From NCBI RefSeq assembly GCF_026571515.1, contig NW_026859523.1:372001-436000 (forward strand): a DNA stretch of 64,000 bases, read 5' to 3'. Of the stretch, positions 27,480 through 40,591 are shown one piece after another. The first letter of the stretch is position 1, and each line of letters begins with the position of its first letter. A program made the translations under genes and the position numbers. This stretch comes from Ruditapes philippinarum. Taxonomy: Eukaryota. The notes under the pieces were generated by a model. The model was not told the DNA's origin, made no database searches, and saw nothing but the letters and a program-made list of their open reading frames with translations.

Positions 27480-29902
27480 CTAGAAGGGGGTTTGTTGACG
27501 TGTCTTCAAGTACGCTGCTACCTTTGGTTGTTTTGCAGTTGTTTCAAGACTAGACGCAATACCTGGATATTTATCTTTGGGTACTTTTGTGAGTGCATTG
27601 CAGTTTTCAAGGTAAACATACAATGCTAGATCGGCTACTGTCAGCTAGGAAATGAAATCAAAATGAAATAAAAAAGAAATATTATAATTTGAATATACTC
27701 ACTACGTAAATAATAAATTGAAATCACATCTTCAGTACAAACAATTGAACATGGACTTTCAACTTATATAAATGTATTCAATGGCATTTATTTACACCTA
27801 CTTTATCAATCAAAACTTAAGATTTTTAATATAATTTCTTCAACATTTATTTATCTTTTTTTTTAATTTAAACGATCGTCCTTAAATGTATTTTAATTGA
27901 TATTAATTTCTACATAATGTAGCATGTATCTAATATCTTGCCTGTCATATATTTGATTAATTTTACCACTTTTTCATTTTTTTTATTTAAGAACTCCACA
28001 TACCGAGTCTCCAACAGCAAAACCTTTCTTTCCAGTTTCTGCAACAAGCTTTTCTATATTGCCTAATACCGTAGGTAACGTGTTGGTATCAAACTCTTCA
28101 AACTTCTTTTTCTGTTGAACATAAAAGTATTTTGATAAAATACTGTGGACTTTTCTTTTAGAACATGCAGTTTGTTATATAAAAAGTACTAGGATGAAAT
28201 GTACCTGATGAAATAAAGCCATAATAAAAAAGAGAATTGAATGATTATTTACAAATTATCACTTTGAAATTTATTTATTCAGTTTCAGTTTTTTGATTTT
28301 AACTTTTAAAAACGCCGTGCCGTAAAACTCCAGCCTTCGGGTATTGTGCCTGTTCTTAAACTTATGTTTTATAACGTCTGACACCCTTTCAGAATTTCAT
28401 TTTATTAAGTTCCTTATTCCATTGTTTTCTTGTTCAGTGCGCAAGCATTATTAAACTTGGGGACCATATGTCGCTTTTCATGGAGTGCGACGAACGTGTC
28501 GCATGCTAACCGCCTTATGAGCACCATTGAAGATGTTTCTTAATACCAAATTTTACAATTGTCATGTATAAATTTTGCCGTTTTTTGGCGATCTATAAGG
28601 TTTTTTTCTCATGAAACCCGTACCATTATGATACACATGTAGGGACCATATACTGCGAAAGTAATAACAGGTTTTAAATGGCTTTTATTTTATGAAAATT
28701 CATCACACCTAATAGACCGGAGTGTCATTCTTTATACATGTAGATGAAAAAAAACTTTCCTTTAAGCATGATTGCATTTTTACCTTTTCTTCCTCGCTGT
28801 CCTTGCCAAAAGCTATTGTTACATATGGGGTAAACATGTCTAAAAGTGTGTCCAGTATCTGATCTACCATTACCATCTCTGAGTTCCCTTTCCCGTATAA
28901 TTCTAAAATTCATGATACAAGAGATACTTTATTAAATATGTACAATATTTTTTTAAAGTAAAAAGCACAGTAACGTTACATGCTTAATACATTTTAATGC
29001 AATACATATATTCAATGTTTTGGTTGAAAGCTTAAGTTGAGCGCATGCAAAACACCAATATTTTTCCACGCAATAAAGTTAAAACGAGAAGGATAACATG
29101 AAGCTAATTTACTGTTCATCCCAGATGATTTCTTTTATATAACAGAGGAATAAATCCTGACAAATAAAAATTAATTATGATTTTACATACTGAATTCCCT
29201 TCCTAGATAACGTGCAACTGCAAAACTTTGACATATCCTTTTCTTTCCATCAATTTCAAGCACCGGTAGTGAGCCTTGTGGTGTTCCTGACAAATTAACA
29301 AACGCTGGTAGTGATGATGTATTATGCTTGTTAACTAAGTTATAACAGTGCTTATAATTAGAAAAATAACAATTATGTTTAAAGAAAATTAAAACGTTTA
29401 CGTATACACCTTCATGGACACATGTGACCAGTTTAAAACAAAGAATAATCCCAATATAACCTGCTGAAAGTTTTGAGCCCTTTGCTTCCAGTGCAGAAAG
29501 ATGTCAGTCTTCATCTTCATAAAATCTGATCATGCTTTATAATTTATTATATTTTGATATTGAAATCCCTTAAACATTGAACGGACTGTTCCCAATCAAA
29601 AGCTGGACAAGAGGAGTCCAATATCAGGGTTCTGTTTCCAATATGTTTAACGTCATCTGTATATCTTAGCTTTTATTTATACTGTTCTGGTTATCACTAT
29701 CGCTTAATTCTGTAAATAAATATAAATATATATTAAATAGGTTATTCGTTGTCATACACAACTTACCTGCTTTAAGCTGTGGCCATTGTGAAAATTCAAC
29801 CCGATCGTCCTCGAATTTCACGCCTGCAGCATTGAAGATCATTCTAGACAACTCGGCCCTTCCTCGTCCATTAAAATATGTTAACTTATATTTAGTAGGC
29901 AT
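27480..29902 (-). CDS. GSTS: Sigma-class glutathione S-transferase, copy 4 (207 aa)
   Basis: Exons 29902-29767, 29286-29191, 28902-28784, 28111-28004, 27644-27480 (624 nt, GT-AG, open frame): [60 protein letters not shown]. Confidence 0.96.
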
Positions 29903-30026
29903 GATGTTAATATTTCCAAAGTATCTAAGTAAGAATAATATTTATATATATTTATATATTTTATATAATTTACACTTTTCAAATCTTAATCAAAGTTCAA
30001 CTGTCTAACAAAAATTATATACTGTG

Positions 30027-30060
30027 CTTTGCGAAGTTTGAAAGCGCCCTTATATAGTGG
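30027..30060 (-). promoter_or_regulatory. GST4 TATA box region
   Basis: Minus strand CTATATAAG ~150 nt above the ATG; + strand TTTGCGAAGTTTGA..CTTATATAG resembles TTTGCAAGATTTGA..CTTATATAG at GST3. Confidence 0.5.
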
Positions 30061-30532
30061 TAATGGTTTGTTTACACATTTATGTTTGCACATTGAAAAA
30101 ACTGTCACTCGTACATTGCATACACACACCAGGTCAGTTTTCGTGACATATACTAAATTACTTGAAAAACGTTACATCTCCTGTAAAGAAAATACAATTG
30201 CTGTTGATTATCTTTTCTGGTGTGTTTCATTAAACTTCATATTCTCATAAAAAGATTGTACAAACACGAAAATAATGCGTGTGAAAAGCACCAATCGTGC
30301 ATTAGAAATAAGCAGACCATGTCGATGGCAGCCGTTATTAATTCAGCTCAGTATAGAAATTAAGCCCATTTGACCAGGAGGCATTAACGACAGTGGTGTT
30401 CTGATATTTTAACCCGTTTCGTCATCTTTGTATGATCGATGGAAATGGGGGGATAATAGAACACTTGACTTTTTCTAGTACATGTGTATTGTATTGAAAA
30501 TAAAAAGGTCGGAACAAATGGCGGCCGTCACA

Positions 30533-31500
30533 TTTTTTAGCTCATCTGAGCGAAAAGTCATCTGAGATGAGATTTTGTGAAGTTTTCTAATTCCGTCGTT
30601 GATACTTATATTTATACTCATTGTCTTTATACAGCTTCTCCTTCTTAATCACAGCGATGTTGGGATTTTACCAAACTTCAAAGAAATGATGATGAGCCTC
30701 TACAAAACTTATATTATTATAGATTATTCCAGTCTAAAGTGTAATAAGGTCACAAAAGCTAAAATATACCTTAAAAATGAAATATTCAAAGCCTTCTTTG
30801 TAGAAACTACAATGACTAGAATTAAGATATTTGGCATGTAGCATCATCTTGTGTTCCTTTACAAAAGTAATACAAATAATGTCACGGGAATTTTTCATTT
30901 ATATAGACTTGTATATTAATAAAACACAATTATTTAAAGCTCTAAATGCGTGAAACTAAGATGCCAAGAGTCTATTTTGCATGCGTCACCTCCCTCTACA
31001 AAAGTGATGTCAACAATGAATCAAGGGTGTTCAATCAGTACATGTTCTAGAGTTAAGTTATTTTGCATGTTGCTTTACCACTCGACAGAAGTTATATTTA
31101 TCATACTCCTGTGTTAAATATAGCCCCGCGCCTTGGGTCGCTTTTGTTACACTGATTTTATAAGAATCACGATTTACAGATATTTTTCTTAAAATCTGCA
31201 ATTCATCTAACATGTAATATCACTTTGTGATCCTCTTTGAAATTTGCCCAAAGAGTCAAAATCCACAGACGCTTGTGGCCCAAATGTATGACGCCCATGT
31301 AAACACTCTATCAAAACTATTTTCATATTTAAACACGGATGGGACATCTGTTACAACGATAAAATTGTTTTACAAAAATTTTTAACATATATGAAAAAAA
31401 CCGTATACTTTCAAGTTTTAGTAAAGTATATAAAAGTATATAAAAATCTCAATCTTTTTGTGTGAACTACATGGCCTTAACAAGAGATATATTGTATGCT
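30533..31500 (+). mobile_element. Degenerate Helentron/HINE-like repeat
   Basis: TTTTTAGCTCATCTGAG start followed by decayed internal repeats; right boundary approximate. Confidence 0.4.
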
Positions 31501-31906
31501 ATTTGTCCTGGTATATTTTTACGAATGTTATATGAATTATAGGCTTTCATAGTCCTGTGGAAAAAAAAAAAAAAAAAAAAAAAACACACAAAAAAAAAAA
31601 CAATCATCATGACCCTTTAATTCAGCATATTTCTTTCTCTTGATCTGGGGAACAAAAGAGAATTTTAAGACGTATATTTTGATACTAATCCCGAACATGT
31701 AACTGAAAATGACCTTAGACATGTATTGTCGGGTCAAGATTAAATAATATTATATCAAACTAAATAAAGACTATAGCAATCCATAAATAAAGAGTTCACC
31801 ATTGAGAAACCAACTTATTATTTGTGAACGTAAACAATAAAGAGCGGGCCTGGATCCAATACGTCATCCCGCCTTCAAAGTAGATGGTTGATGAAATTTA
31901 TATTAA

Positions 31907-32440
31907 AGGCCCATTATGCCACATAAATGTTTTATTTTTTTCCTCAAAAGCTTTTTTAGTTTTGGTGTACTTTTAGCATGTATGTTTACAAAATTAGAAT
32001 TGGTGATTAAGTGCACATTATTTGATCTGTGTAGTGTAGAACATTCGTAGTGTGATTATTCAGGCCGGTCATTGCCACCTGGTAAAATGTGACATCTTCA
32101 ATAAAAAAAGACGCAGTACAATACGCATCTCACCGTTAGAAAAAATAACAAAATGACGATAAAGGGTAGTGCATGTGTATTTTACATAAGGAATAACAAA
32201 GTTACAAAAATTCAAACACACTTCCACGGCATTCCTCGTTGACGATAGAGCTGGCTCCTTTTATATACATGTCGTTCTTGATAACATGTGACTTGTCCTT
32301 CGACAGCAATGCTCTCTGCAAGTATAGATGTGCAAAACATAGTGTACTTTTTATAATTTTAATGTCGAAGACTCTATCAAAGAAAAATACTCTACTGTGC
32401 CGAAGCAATAATGCATCCTGTCTTCGAAAGGCATAATGCC
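31907..32440. mobile_element. Non-autonomous element with TTAA flanks (Kolobok-like)
   Basis: TTAA|AGGCCCATTATGCC .. GGCATAATGCC|TTAA; a related left end (TTAAGGCCCATTATGC..AAAAGCTTTTT) occurs at ~23853. Confidence 0.5.
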
Positions 32441-33629
32441 TTAACTCTACCATTTCGTAGTCATAACACCTTCGCTGTACCAACCGAATACAAAAACAGA
32501 TGGTATTTCTGAATGATATTAAACATGTAAAACTGAAATGCTTTCTAGCAAAATTTGAATTGTCTCAAGATAAGAATAACTTTAAACATTTTTCGGTTTG
32601 ATATTGTTTTTGCTATGCACGTTACTAAAACAGTCAGGGGTAGACAAAATATAACATAAATGCTATACCATATTATAGATACTTCTATAGTATTCTAATT
32701 TAGGACACGATGTTTAAACATGACGCTTGAAAATAGAGTATTTGCCTTTCAACGCCTGGTCAAATTATAGAACATTTAGTTAAATCTATAGATCGAAGCC
32801 GAGGTGAATATATAGTGGTAAGGACATTTTGGCTTAAATTACTTTAAGTATTTAATCTGGGACATTTAACAGAGCGCACCAAAAAGTGTTCTAATTTCTA
32901 CTTATTTTACCCTGTTAGAAAATAGTAACTCCCTTTCATGAATTTAATCGGTGCAAAAGGCATGTAACGCATGAATACCCCATGTAAAAAGCTTAAATTA
33001 TTTTCGATCTAATAATAACATATGTCAAATGATAGCAACATATCGTCGGTTTATATCCAAAAAGTAGAACATGGAGTTTTCATATGTATTTTAGCGAAGT
33101 TGCCCGGATATTAGAGCTTGCATTTTACGATAAACCTTTATAGGGTATGAGAGTTTCCTCCCTTATTATAAATTAAAGTTGGCCACGGATGTCTTATCAG
33201 TCAATCAACTCTAAGATGGTTTGATGAGTTTGTTTAATATGCAACTTTTAAATGAATTTTTGATTGAGTAGTCCAATCTAAAAGCTCATTGTTTTAAAAT
33301 CATGGTATTTCAGCAAGATATATAGAATGTAAGTTAAATCGTCTATGAAAATGTTATAAAACTTGCTTAATCTAATTCTCTTGGACGATCTATATCATAC
33401 GACAGCGACTGTGAGATTCTTATTAGATTATTTTTATTGCGTAAATGAAATAGTTTAAATTAATGAAAATATACGTGTTTTGACGTTTTACGCGTGCTTT
33501 TATTCGCAGTGTTATATCAAACATGTGTAATAATAATGATGATAATTATATAACGTTTAAAATGTCCTATAAAAACGGTAAAATTTGCAGACTTGTGTAA
33601 AAAACTAGAAGAATATTAATAGGTAATTG

Positions 33630-34110
33630 TTAAAAGATGAGTTTTAAAGCTTTTTAAAAGACGAGATAATTTTACAGTCACGTAGTTCTGAAGGTAATGT
33701 GTTCCAAAGTTTTGGTGCTGCAAATGAAAAACATTTCATCACCGTATGTTATAGTTTTGGAACGTGGAACATTCAGTAAAGCCGGTTCATGCAGAGACCT
33801 TAATTGTCTTTAAAGTATATAAAATGTTAACAAGTTTCTGATGTATTGCTGGGCTTCTCCAATGACGTGAGTTAGGATTTTATAATCTATACCTCGATGT
33901 ATTGGGAGCCAATGAAGTTCTTTGAGCGTGATGCTGACATACCTAGAAGTTTTGGTTATAAGTTTGTTAAGAACTGTCTTTGCAAAGCCATTTAGAAGGG
34001 CATTACAATAGTCCAGTCTCGTTATAATTGAATGATTCACCAATGATTTTGCAGCATCGCCAGTAAGATGTTGTCTTATATATTGCCTAATAATATTCAT
34101 TAAGTTACTA
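33630..34110 (-). mobile_element. Decayed L2/CR1-group LINE ORF2 C-terminal fragment
   Basis: IRQHLT..AAKSLV..ITRLDYCNALLNG..LKELHWLPIHRGIDYKIL, then frameshifted RQLRS..NVPRSKT..YG..FAAPKLWNTLP..LKTHL. Confidence 0.88.
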
Positions 34111-34592
34111 TACATTGCTGAGTACAAAACTAAATTCCATCGGACGAGTACACAACTGTAAAAAGTATAAAGGCGCTAGCCGAGTCCAATAGAAGTATTA
34201 CAGCTGTGTACGAGTCAATATTATACTCAACTATGTAAAATGACCTTTTCATTTCACATCAAAAATGCATAATATGCATTTGATATTAAATTTTGTGAAC
34301 TCGGGAAATTGGAACGAGGCTACATGGAGTCCAATATGCAATTTGGTGTGAACTTTCGGAACATGGAGAATTTTGTTGTTCGTTTTGTTTATATTCGGAC
34401 ACCGGCATTAACCATAATATCGAAACCTGCTGCGTCCTTGCCGGTACGCTGATTGCATCAACATCATGGACGTCTTTTTCATGCCGCTTAACCTAAGTCC
34501 TATTTTCGTTGGTGGCAATGTTGCTCGACAATACTTTAAAGACATCTTTGTTTCAAAACAACGACCCTTTGCAGGACAATATCTTCCCTGAG

Positions 34593-37500
34593 TTAGTCCC
34601 GACAGGTCAGCAAATCATCCCTGAAACTTATATTCGTACGATGATAATTAAGTCTACACGGTGCTTGGGAAAGTTCAATAAAAGGGTAAGTCTGCATATT
34701 ATCCGAGGAAATATAATTATGTAGTTTTATTCTAAGAAGAATGTGTACCAACGTAATGACCCAGGTGGTAATCAATGTCATTGTAACTTTTTATGATTTG
34801 AACTCATATGTTCGAACCCTACCCTACGATGATTATCTTAATAAGACGGTAAAAATATAATATATCCTCAATTGCATTCCTGATATAAGACAGTAAAAAT
34901 GTAATATAACCTCAAAAGCGTTCCTGATGTAAGATTCCATATTGACCAGCTGTATATCTGTATCAGTGAGGTGGTAGACATAACAAACATCATGGTCTAC
35001 TATAACTGCGCTCATACTTCCCTACAAAATAACAAACACTGGTAATACAAGTACAAATGTTGCTGCAAGGCAGCAATTGAGAAGCTCCGCGCAAAAAATG
35101 CGCTCATTACAGATACCTTACCAAATTATTCCTACGCACAGGTCATGTAATATTCAGATTGTTTACTATTGTAGATTTTTTCCGAATGTTTTGTAAACCA
35201 TTTTTTGCCTAAAATTTTATACTTATCTTATGCACTGTCCATAATTGAAAAGAGGGGAAAGATATTTAATATAAAAATGCTTTCACTGACTCCTACCTGG
35301 TAAGGGAAGTAATTCCATTGAATACAAACAAGACTTACAAGACTTGTAAATGTTATGTAACATGACTGTACTGTGTTCTGTTTGTGTCACTACTGTAGTC
35401 AGTAACATAAGATGATAACAATATCAAAGTCTGTTTTTTATTATTATAATTGTAACTAATATACAGATAGTAATAAAAGGACTTATATAATAATATAGTA
35501 ATATTACATGAATATTTTCCATGTCAAATTAAAAAAATGGATTCTTTCAATACTGAAAGTAGAACACACACTGGAATGAAAAAATGGGATAAATTTTAAA
35601 AAGACCAAATTCAGGATTTTTTTGTTTGTACATAGTGATACAATATTCATCAATATAATAAAAGACTGTTACCTGAATTTTAGGCAGGTATGAGGAAATT
35701 CACTAATATCATGTTCGTGCGAGTCAAAGATATAAAAGCTATTTGACATTGGTGATATATATAAAAAAACTATTGTTAATTGATTTATTGGGAGATCAAT
35801 ATACTTTTTTGTTGAATTGCTTTAAAACCATTCATAAAAAACATTACCCCCCCCCCCCCCACATTTTGTGGTTGGGGTATAATTATCAAAAGCAAAATTA
35901 TTAAAGTCTTATTCCTATAATCTTCATTATATTGACAAAATCAATCATTTATAGAATACTTGATATGCTGTGTGTAAATGTAATTCAAAATGAAACAAAT
36001 TATAATTTCATGTACTACTAAAAAAGGGAAATAACAAATTGTTGCGAGTCAAAGATATAAAAGCTATTTGACATTGGTGATATATATAAAAAAACTATTG
36101 TTAATTGATTTATTGGGAGATCAATATACTTTTTTGTTGAATTGCTTTAAAACCATTCATAAAAAACATTACCCCCCCCCCACATTTTGTGGTTGGGGTA
36201 TAATTATCAAAAGCAAAATTATTAAAGTCTTATTCCTATAATCTTCATTATATTGACAAATTCAATCATTTATAGAATACTTGATATGCTGTGTGTAAAT
36301 GTAATTCAAAATGAAACAAATTATAATTTCATGTACTACTAAAAAAGGGAAATAACAAATTTATAACCTAAGTGTCAAACAGAACATTTATAGCCTTCGA
36401 ATTTATGTACAGATGAACTGCTTTCCGGTTCTCATTGATTAATATGACATGCTGCGAATCACTGAAGGGGAAACCAATATAAAAATAGAAAGGAGTTCTT
36501 GAATGCGAATTAGTTTTTAGCTGTAAATCGAAGGGTTTAATTGATCAAATCCGGGCCCATGGACAAAAAAAGTAAACACAAAAAGCTCGCCTGTGGGCGC
36601 GGATCAATAATACCTATCACGGGCTCGTACAAAGTCGGCACGATTCGGCAGTTTCCGTGTGTTTTAACAATATAAGGTTGAACTTTGTCAATTCGTTGCT
36701 TTTAAAGTAAGACTTTCATTTTACAATCGTTATTTGTATATTTTTGCAATAAAATGTACACGGTGGTGGCAATCTTTTGACTTATTTTTAATTTCATCAC
36801 GAAAAATAATTATGCAAGAATATAAGTTATTGATCAAGATTTTTGATAGGTTAAATGACCATCCATAAAGACCTTGTATTCTATAACCATCGCCTAGCGG
36901 CTTCGGTTACATTAGCTTTCGACTGTTTTTACTGGACTATATAGCCTATCAAACTTTTATAATTTATTAGTATATTCTGAAAATGACCGTATGAGGCAGA
37001 ATTCAAACGAGCTTCTTTCTAATTAAGAATAGTACTTCAAGTATGAATAAAAGTCAACAAAAGTCAATTCTACTTGAGACAATGTAACAGGCATTGGTAC
37101 TATAATCTTTTTCTGAATAAACGTTTGTCAAAATACGTGCGATAACGTGAGCTAAAGGGGAAAATGTGTTGCAATATTTCTAAAACAATATTACGGCACC
37201 AGGTTTTAATCAATAGCCGATACAATTCTGCAGCAAAGTCTGATTTTCTTATTTCCAAAGGTTCTTTACCCGCTAAATTTAAGGCACATTTGAACAACCT
37301 ATTATGACGATGACAATCATCATGAATTATTTACCAAAACTATATATAAATAATAACGTTGTTGCAAATTTGATAATTGATATTCAATGTCATAATAAGA
37401 TGATATTGTTCAACAGGTGTTATTGATTAAATCAGTATACAAACGTCCCACAAAGTTTAAAGAAAATGTAATATTTGACCTTAACAGTAAATGTCATGAT

Positions 37501-40500
37501 CAGATCTGAAATATTAAACATGTCTGTGTTGTTTTGTCCAAATATCAATCAAATTGTTTACTCAGCAATCCTAAGTAAGATATCCTCATATGCTATCTAT
37601 ATTCTAAGTTTAATATTAACAATATCTCATTTCTAACCTAGTTTAAGAATCAGTGGCTCTTCACATAAGCATGGTTTATAACAACTGTAATTTCAATATT
37701 CCACACCTAAATCCAGCTATGAACCGAACACCTATGTTCTTTATAGTGACCTTCATTTAGCCCCTCCCCTCCCCCCTCCGACAGCAATACCGAACGAGGT
37801 CACCGTATGAAAATGCTATACCAAGTTTTGTTAAAATCCCCTTTCTTTACTAGAATCTATATTGACAGGAAACCATTTTTTTATTTTTAGTTACAGCGAC
37901 CTTGATCTCCTACAGAGCCTTAAAGTAATTCTAAATGGGATATTCACATACTCTTGCTATTGTGATGACTATATATCACTCTAGCTATCGACCTGAAACA
38001 ATTTTTATATTTCAAGTTTGTTTCTTTGTTTCATTTTACGCCTTTTTCCAACAGTATTCCAGTCATATAGGCGGGTAGTTTCCTAACCATCGTTCCTGGA
38101 GAGTTACACCAGTACTAAACAACCTTCCTCCGCGCTAAACTACCAAAGCATCTCCCGGGGATCGAACCCACGCCAGAGAAGTAACTGGAGTAGAAGTCAT
38201 CGACTCTAACCCCTCAACCACGGAGGCGGTTTATATTTCAAGTCATATCGATCTTGGTCATAGAGGACTTAAAAGTGATCTCAAACAAGATATCTGCATA
38301 AGCTCACAAAATATTAAGCCTGCTCAAAATATCTCATTCCTACCTGAAGTTATCGGCCAGAAATCATTTTTTTCTATTTAGAGTAACAGTGACCATGATC
38401 TTCATTATATGTATCCAAAAGAAAGACAAAGCGAGGTCTAGTCAGAAGACCAAGGTGTCCCAAAATAATACCAATCAAAGAATATCTCTACATTCCAAGT
38501 CTGGTTATAATATGTCATTCCTAAATATCGTTATCGACCGAAATCCTACTGTTTATCGTCCTTCCGCTTGAACGCGCGCGGTCGTCCACGCAACATGAAT
38601 TGCAAAGAAAGATCATACACACAAGTTTGCCAGACTTTCCGTTCACACGTTTTCTCCCTTGATCAAAACACAAAGAAAGATAATAAACCGGTCTTTCCGT
38701 CCACAAGTTTCCTCCCTTGACCATAATTTTAATCTGTGCCTGATATTCCCTTCATTCTGATAGGAATGTCACCCATGCCAGCTTTCACAGAAGTAGTATT
38801 ATATATGACTAGCTTCACGTACGCATAATAATAGGGATCACTAAGCATATAATAAATCTCACTTGATGCAAAGATACTGATGGATAAGGTGAACAAAACA
38901 TTACAAAAGTAAAACTTACATTTGATGATTTATCATAAATGACAGTTGGTCCATATGTTGAGGGCGTTGTTGCGCGTCTAGCATGCTGACTTGTTGCCGA
39001 GGCTGGAGCTTCCGCAGTTGTTGTTACTTTAACCCGTGTTGGTGATGACGTCATTTGGTTTAATAACGTCGTACTTTGTGTTTCTTTATTCTCTGTTGTA
39101 TGGTAAGCATTTGACGTGGATACTTTATCTGACGGTGCTGTAGTTCTAGCGCTATTTAATTCTGGAAACTACAAATAAATGTATTACATAAATAAAGAAA
39201 ATACAAATTGTTTAAAGTCGACCATCGGTAGACCTACACATAATCATATAGAAAAGAAAGACACGTGACGTGATGTTTGACGTTATTAAATTGAAATTGG
39301 GGGGAAATAGTAATTGTAAGTTGTCGGTCAAAAATAGATGAATTCGCTTTATTTTTATAGAATATGTTACGGTCTAACAGTGTTATGTTTATGAGATCAA
39401 GATTATTTAAAATTTTGAATAGAACATAGCGCTACTACAGTTATTAATACTGATGTGAAAAGAAAGGCTAAATTAGTTAGCTTGATATACCTTATTTGAA
39501 GCAGTTGTTAATTGTTGGTGCAGGGTCGTCGATTCGTTGTTTTTCCTTAGAAGCAGAATTAATTCCTTGCTGTTACACCAGTGTAGAATTTGCCGGGACG
39601 CTATCGGGTCAGATCTCAATACTCTCACTTCCGGTAGAAATCCGATCCATTCTTTCATCATTTTAAGCTATTGTATAGAATATAAACAAAAAGATGCATT
39701 GTTTCATAAAATAATCTAAATACAATAATTATATCTGAAATAGGAGGCAAACAGAGAAGAAAATGATTACTTGAAATAAAGAGGAAATACATGAATCTGA
39801 TGACGATCGAGTATTTTATACCCTGTAATTTTTGATAGATGATTATAATATTATATTTTTTGCTATTGTGATTACATTATCGAGTTACGTAAACAAAAAC
39901 GTGATCAGTAACCGAGTGCATTAGTACCATCTGTTATGTTAATTATCTCTATTACATTAATATCAATTAATTCAATCTCGGGATAATTATTTCGTTAACG
40001 GAAAGAACAAGCCAGTAAAAAGCAACACAAAGCTGTTTCATATGGTGGCTGATATGTGCCATGTCGATCTTTTGCTTCGCGGAGCGCCATACAAAGACAT
40101 AAAAATACAACAAACGACTACCTTGTCGCATTTTCGTGTTTCACCTCGCGCCCCGCAGAGTGGCCTTATTGTCGTTATTTTTCGTGATTTGTCTGGCACC
40201 CCTGCGGAGCGAAAGAACGACAAAGTAGTATCCTCGTCATAATTTCGTCAGGCGCATTGCGGATCGAAAAATGAAAGATCAGAATAATTACAAAGCGATC
40301 ACTTTGTAGTATTTTCGTGTTTTCGTTTAGCGCCCCGCGGAGGGAAGGTACGACAAAATGATGAGCTTGTTGTATTTTCGTGTTTTTTTCTAGCGCACTG
40401 CGCAATGTTAATACGACATAGCACAACCTGAACTTATACGTGTGTCTGAAAACCGGAGTACAAGGAAGGAATGGTATCAAAGCCTTTACCTCGATATCGG

Positions 40501-40591
40501 CAATCCCATTGGTTGTGTGAACCTCGTCCATTTCGTGTTTGTTAAGCGGGACTAGAATACAGGTTAGTCTGTTACTACCGACGAATATACC
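34593..40591 (-). CDS. Uncharacterised protein with two 2-Cys repeat modules (BRICHOS-reminiscent) flanking a Thr/Ser-rich mucin-like linker; 5' exons not identified; possibly a pseudogene
   Basis: Phase-0 GT-AG exons 40591-40490 (GIFVGSNRLTCILVPLNKHEMDEVHTTNGIADIE), 39667-39491 (LKMMKEWIG..ILHWCNSKELILL..), 39168-38920 (T/S-rich ..YGPTVIYDKSSN), 35021-34911 (GSMSAVIVDHDVCYVYHLTD..AFE), ~34731-34593 (IKLHNYIS..APCRL..*). The last junction is 1 nt out of frame. Confidence 0.68.
35718..36361 (+). repeat. Near-perfect tandem duplication, ~320 bp x2 (intronic)
   Basis: 35718-36040 vs 36043-36361; differences seen are poly-C length (14 vs 10) and about one base. Confidence 0.95.
38018..38229 (-). 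mobile_element. tRNA-derived SINE (second family), inserted in a decayed satellite-like repeat
   Basis: Minus strand CCGTGGTTGAGGGGTTAGAG (A box), GGGTTCGATCCCC (B box), GGCGTAAAATGAAACAAAGAAACAAA tail; 14-bp TSD TTTATATTTCAAGT (38004-38017, 38230-38243). Confidence 0.85.
40059..40420 (+). mobile_element. Decayed relative of the GC-rich MITE at 22387
   Basis: Starts TATGGTGGCTGATATGTGCCAT; repeated TTTTCGTGTTTT and CGCCCCGC modules. Confidence 0.65.

Noticed and set aside
38521-38724. Cys-containing ORF faintly resembling a chitin-binding module
   Set aside because: Weak splice signals and poor Cys spacing; it lies inside an intron whose flanking exons join in frame without it.
40175-40531. 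118-aa ORF
   Set aside because: Only the part within exon 40591-40490 is supported; the rest reads through a GT donor into intron and a decayed MITE.
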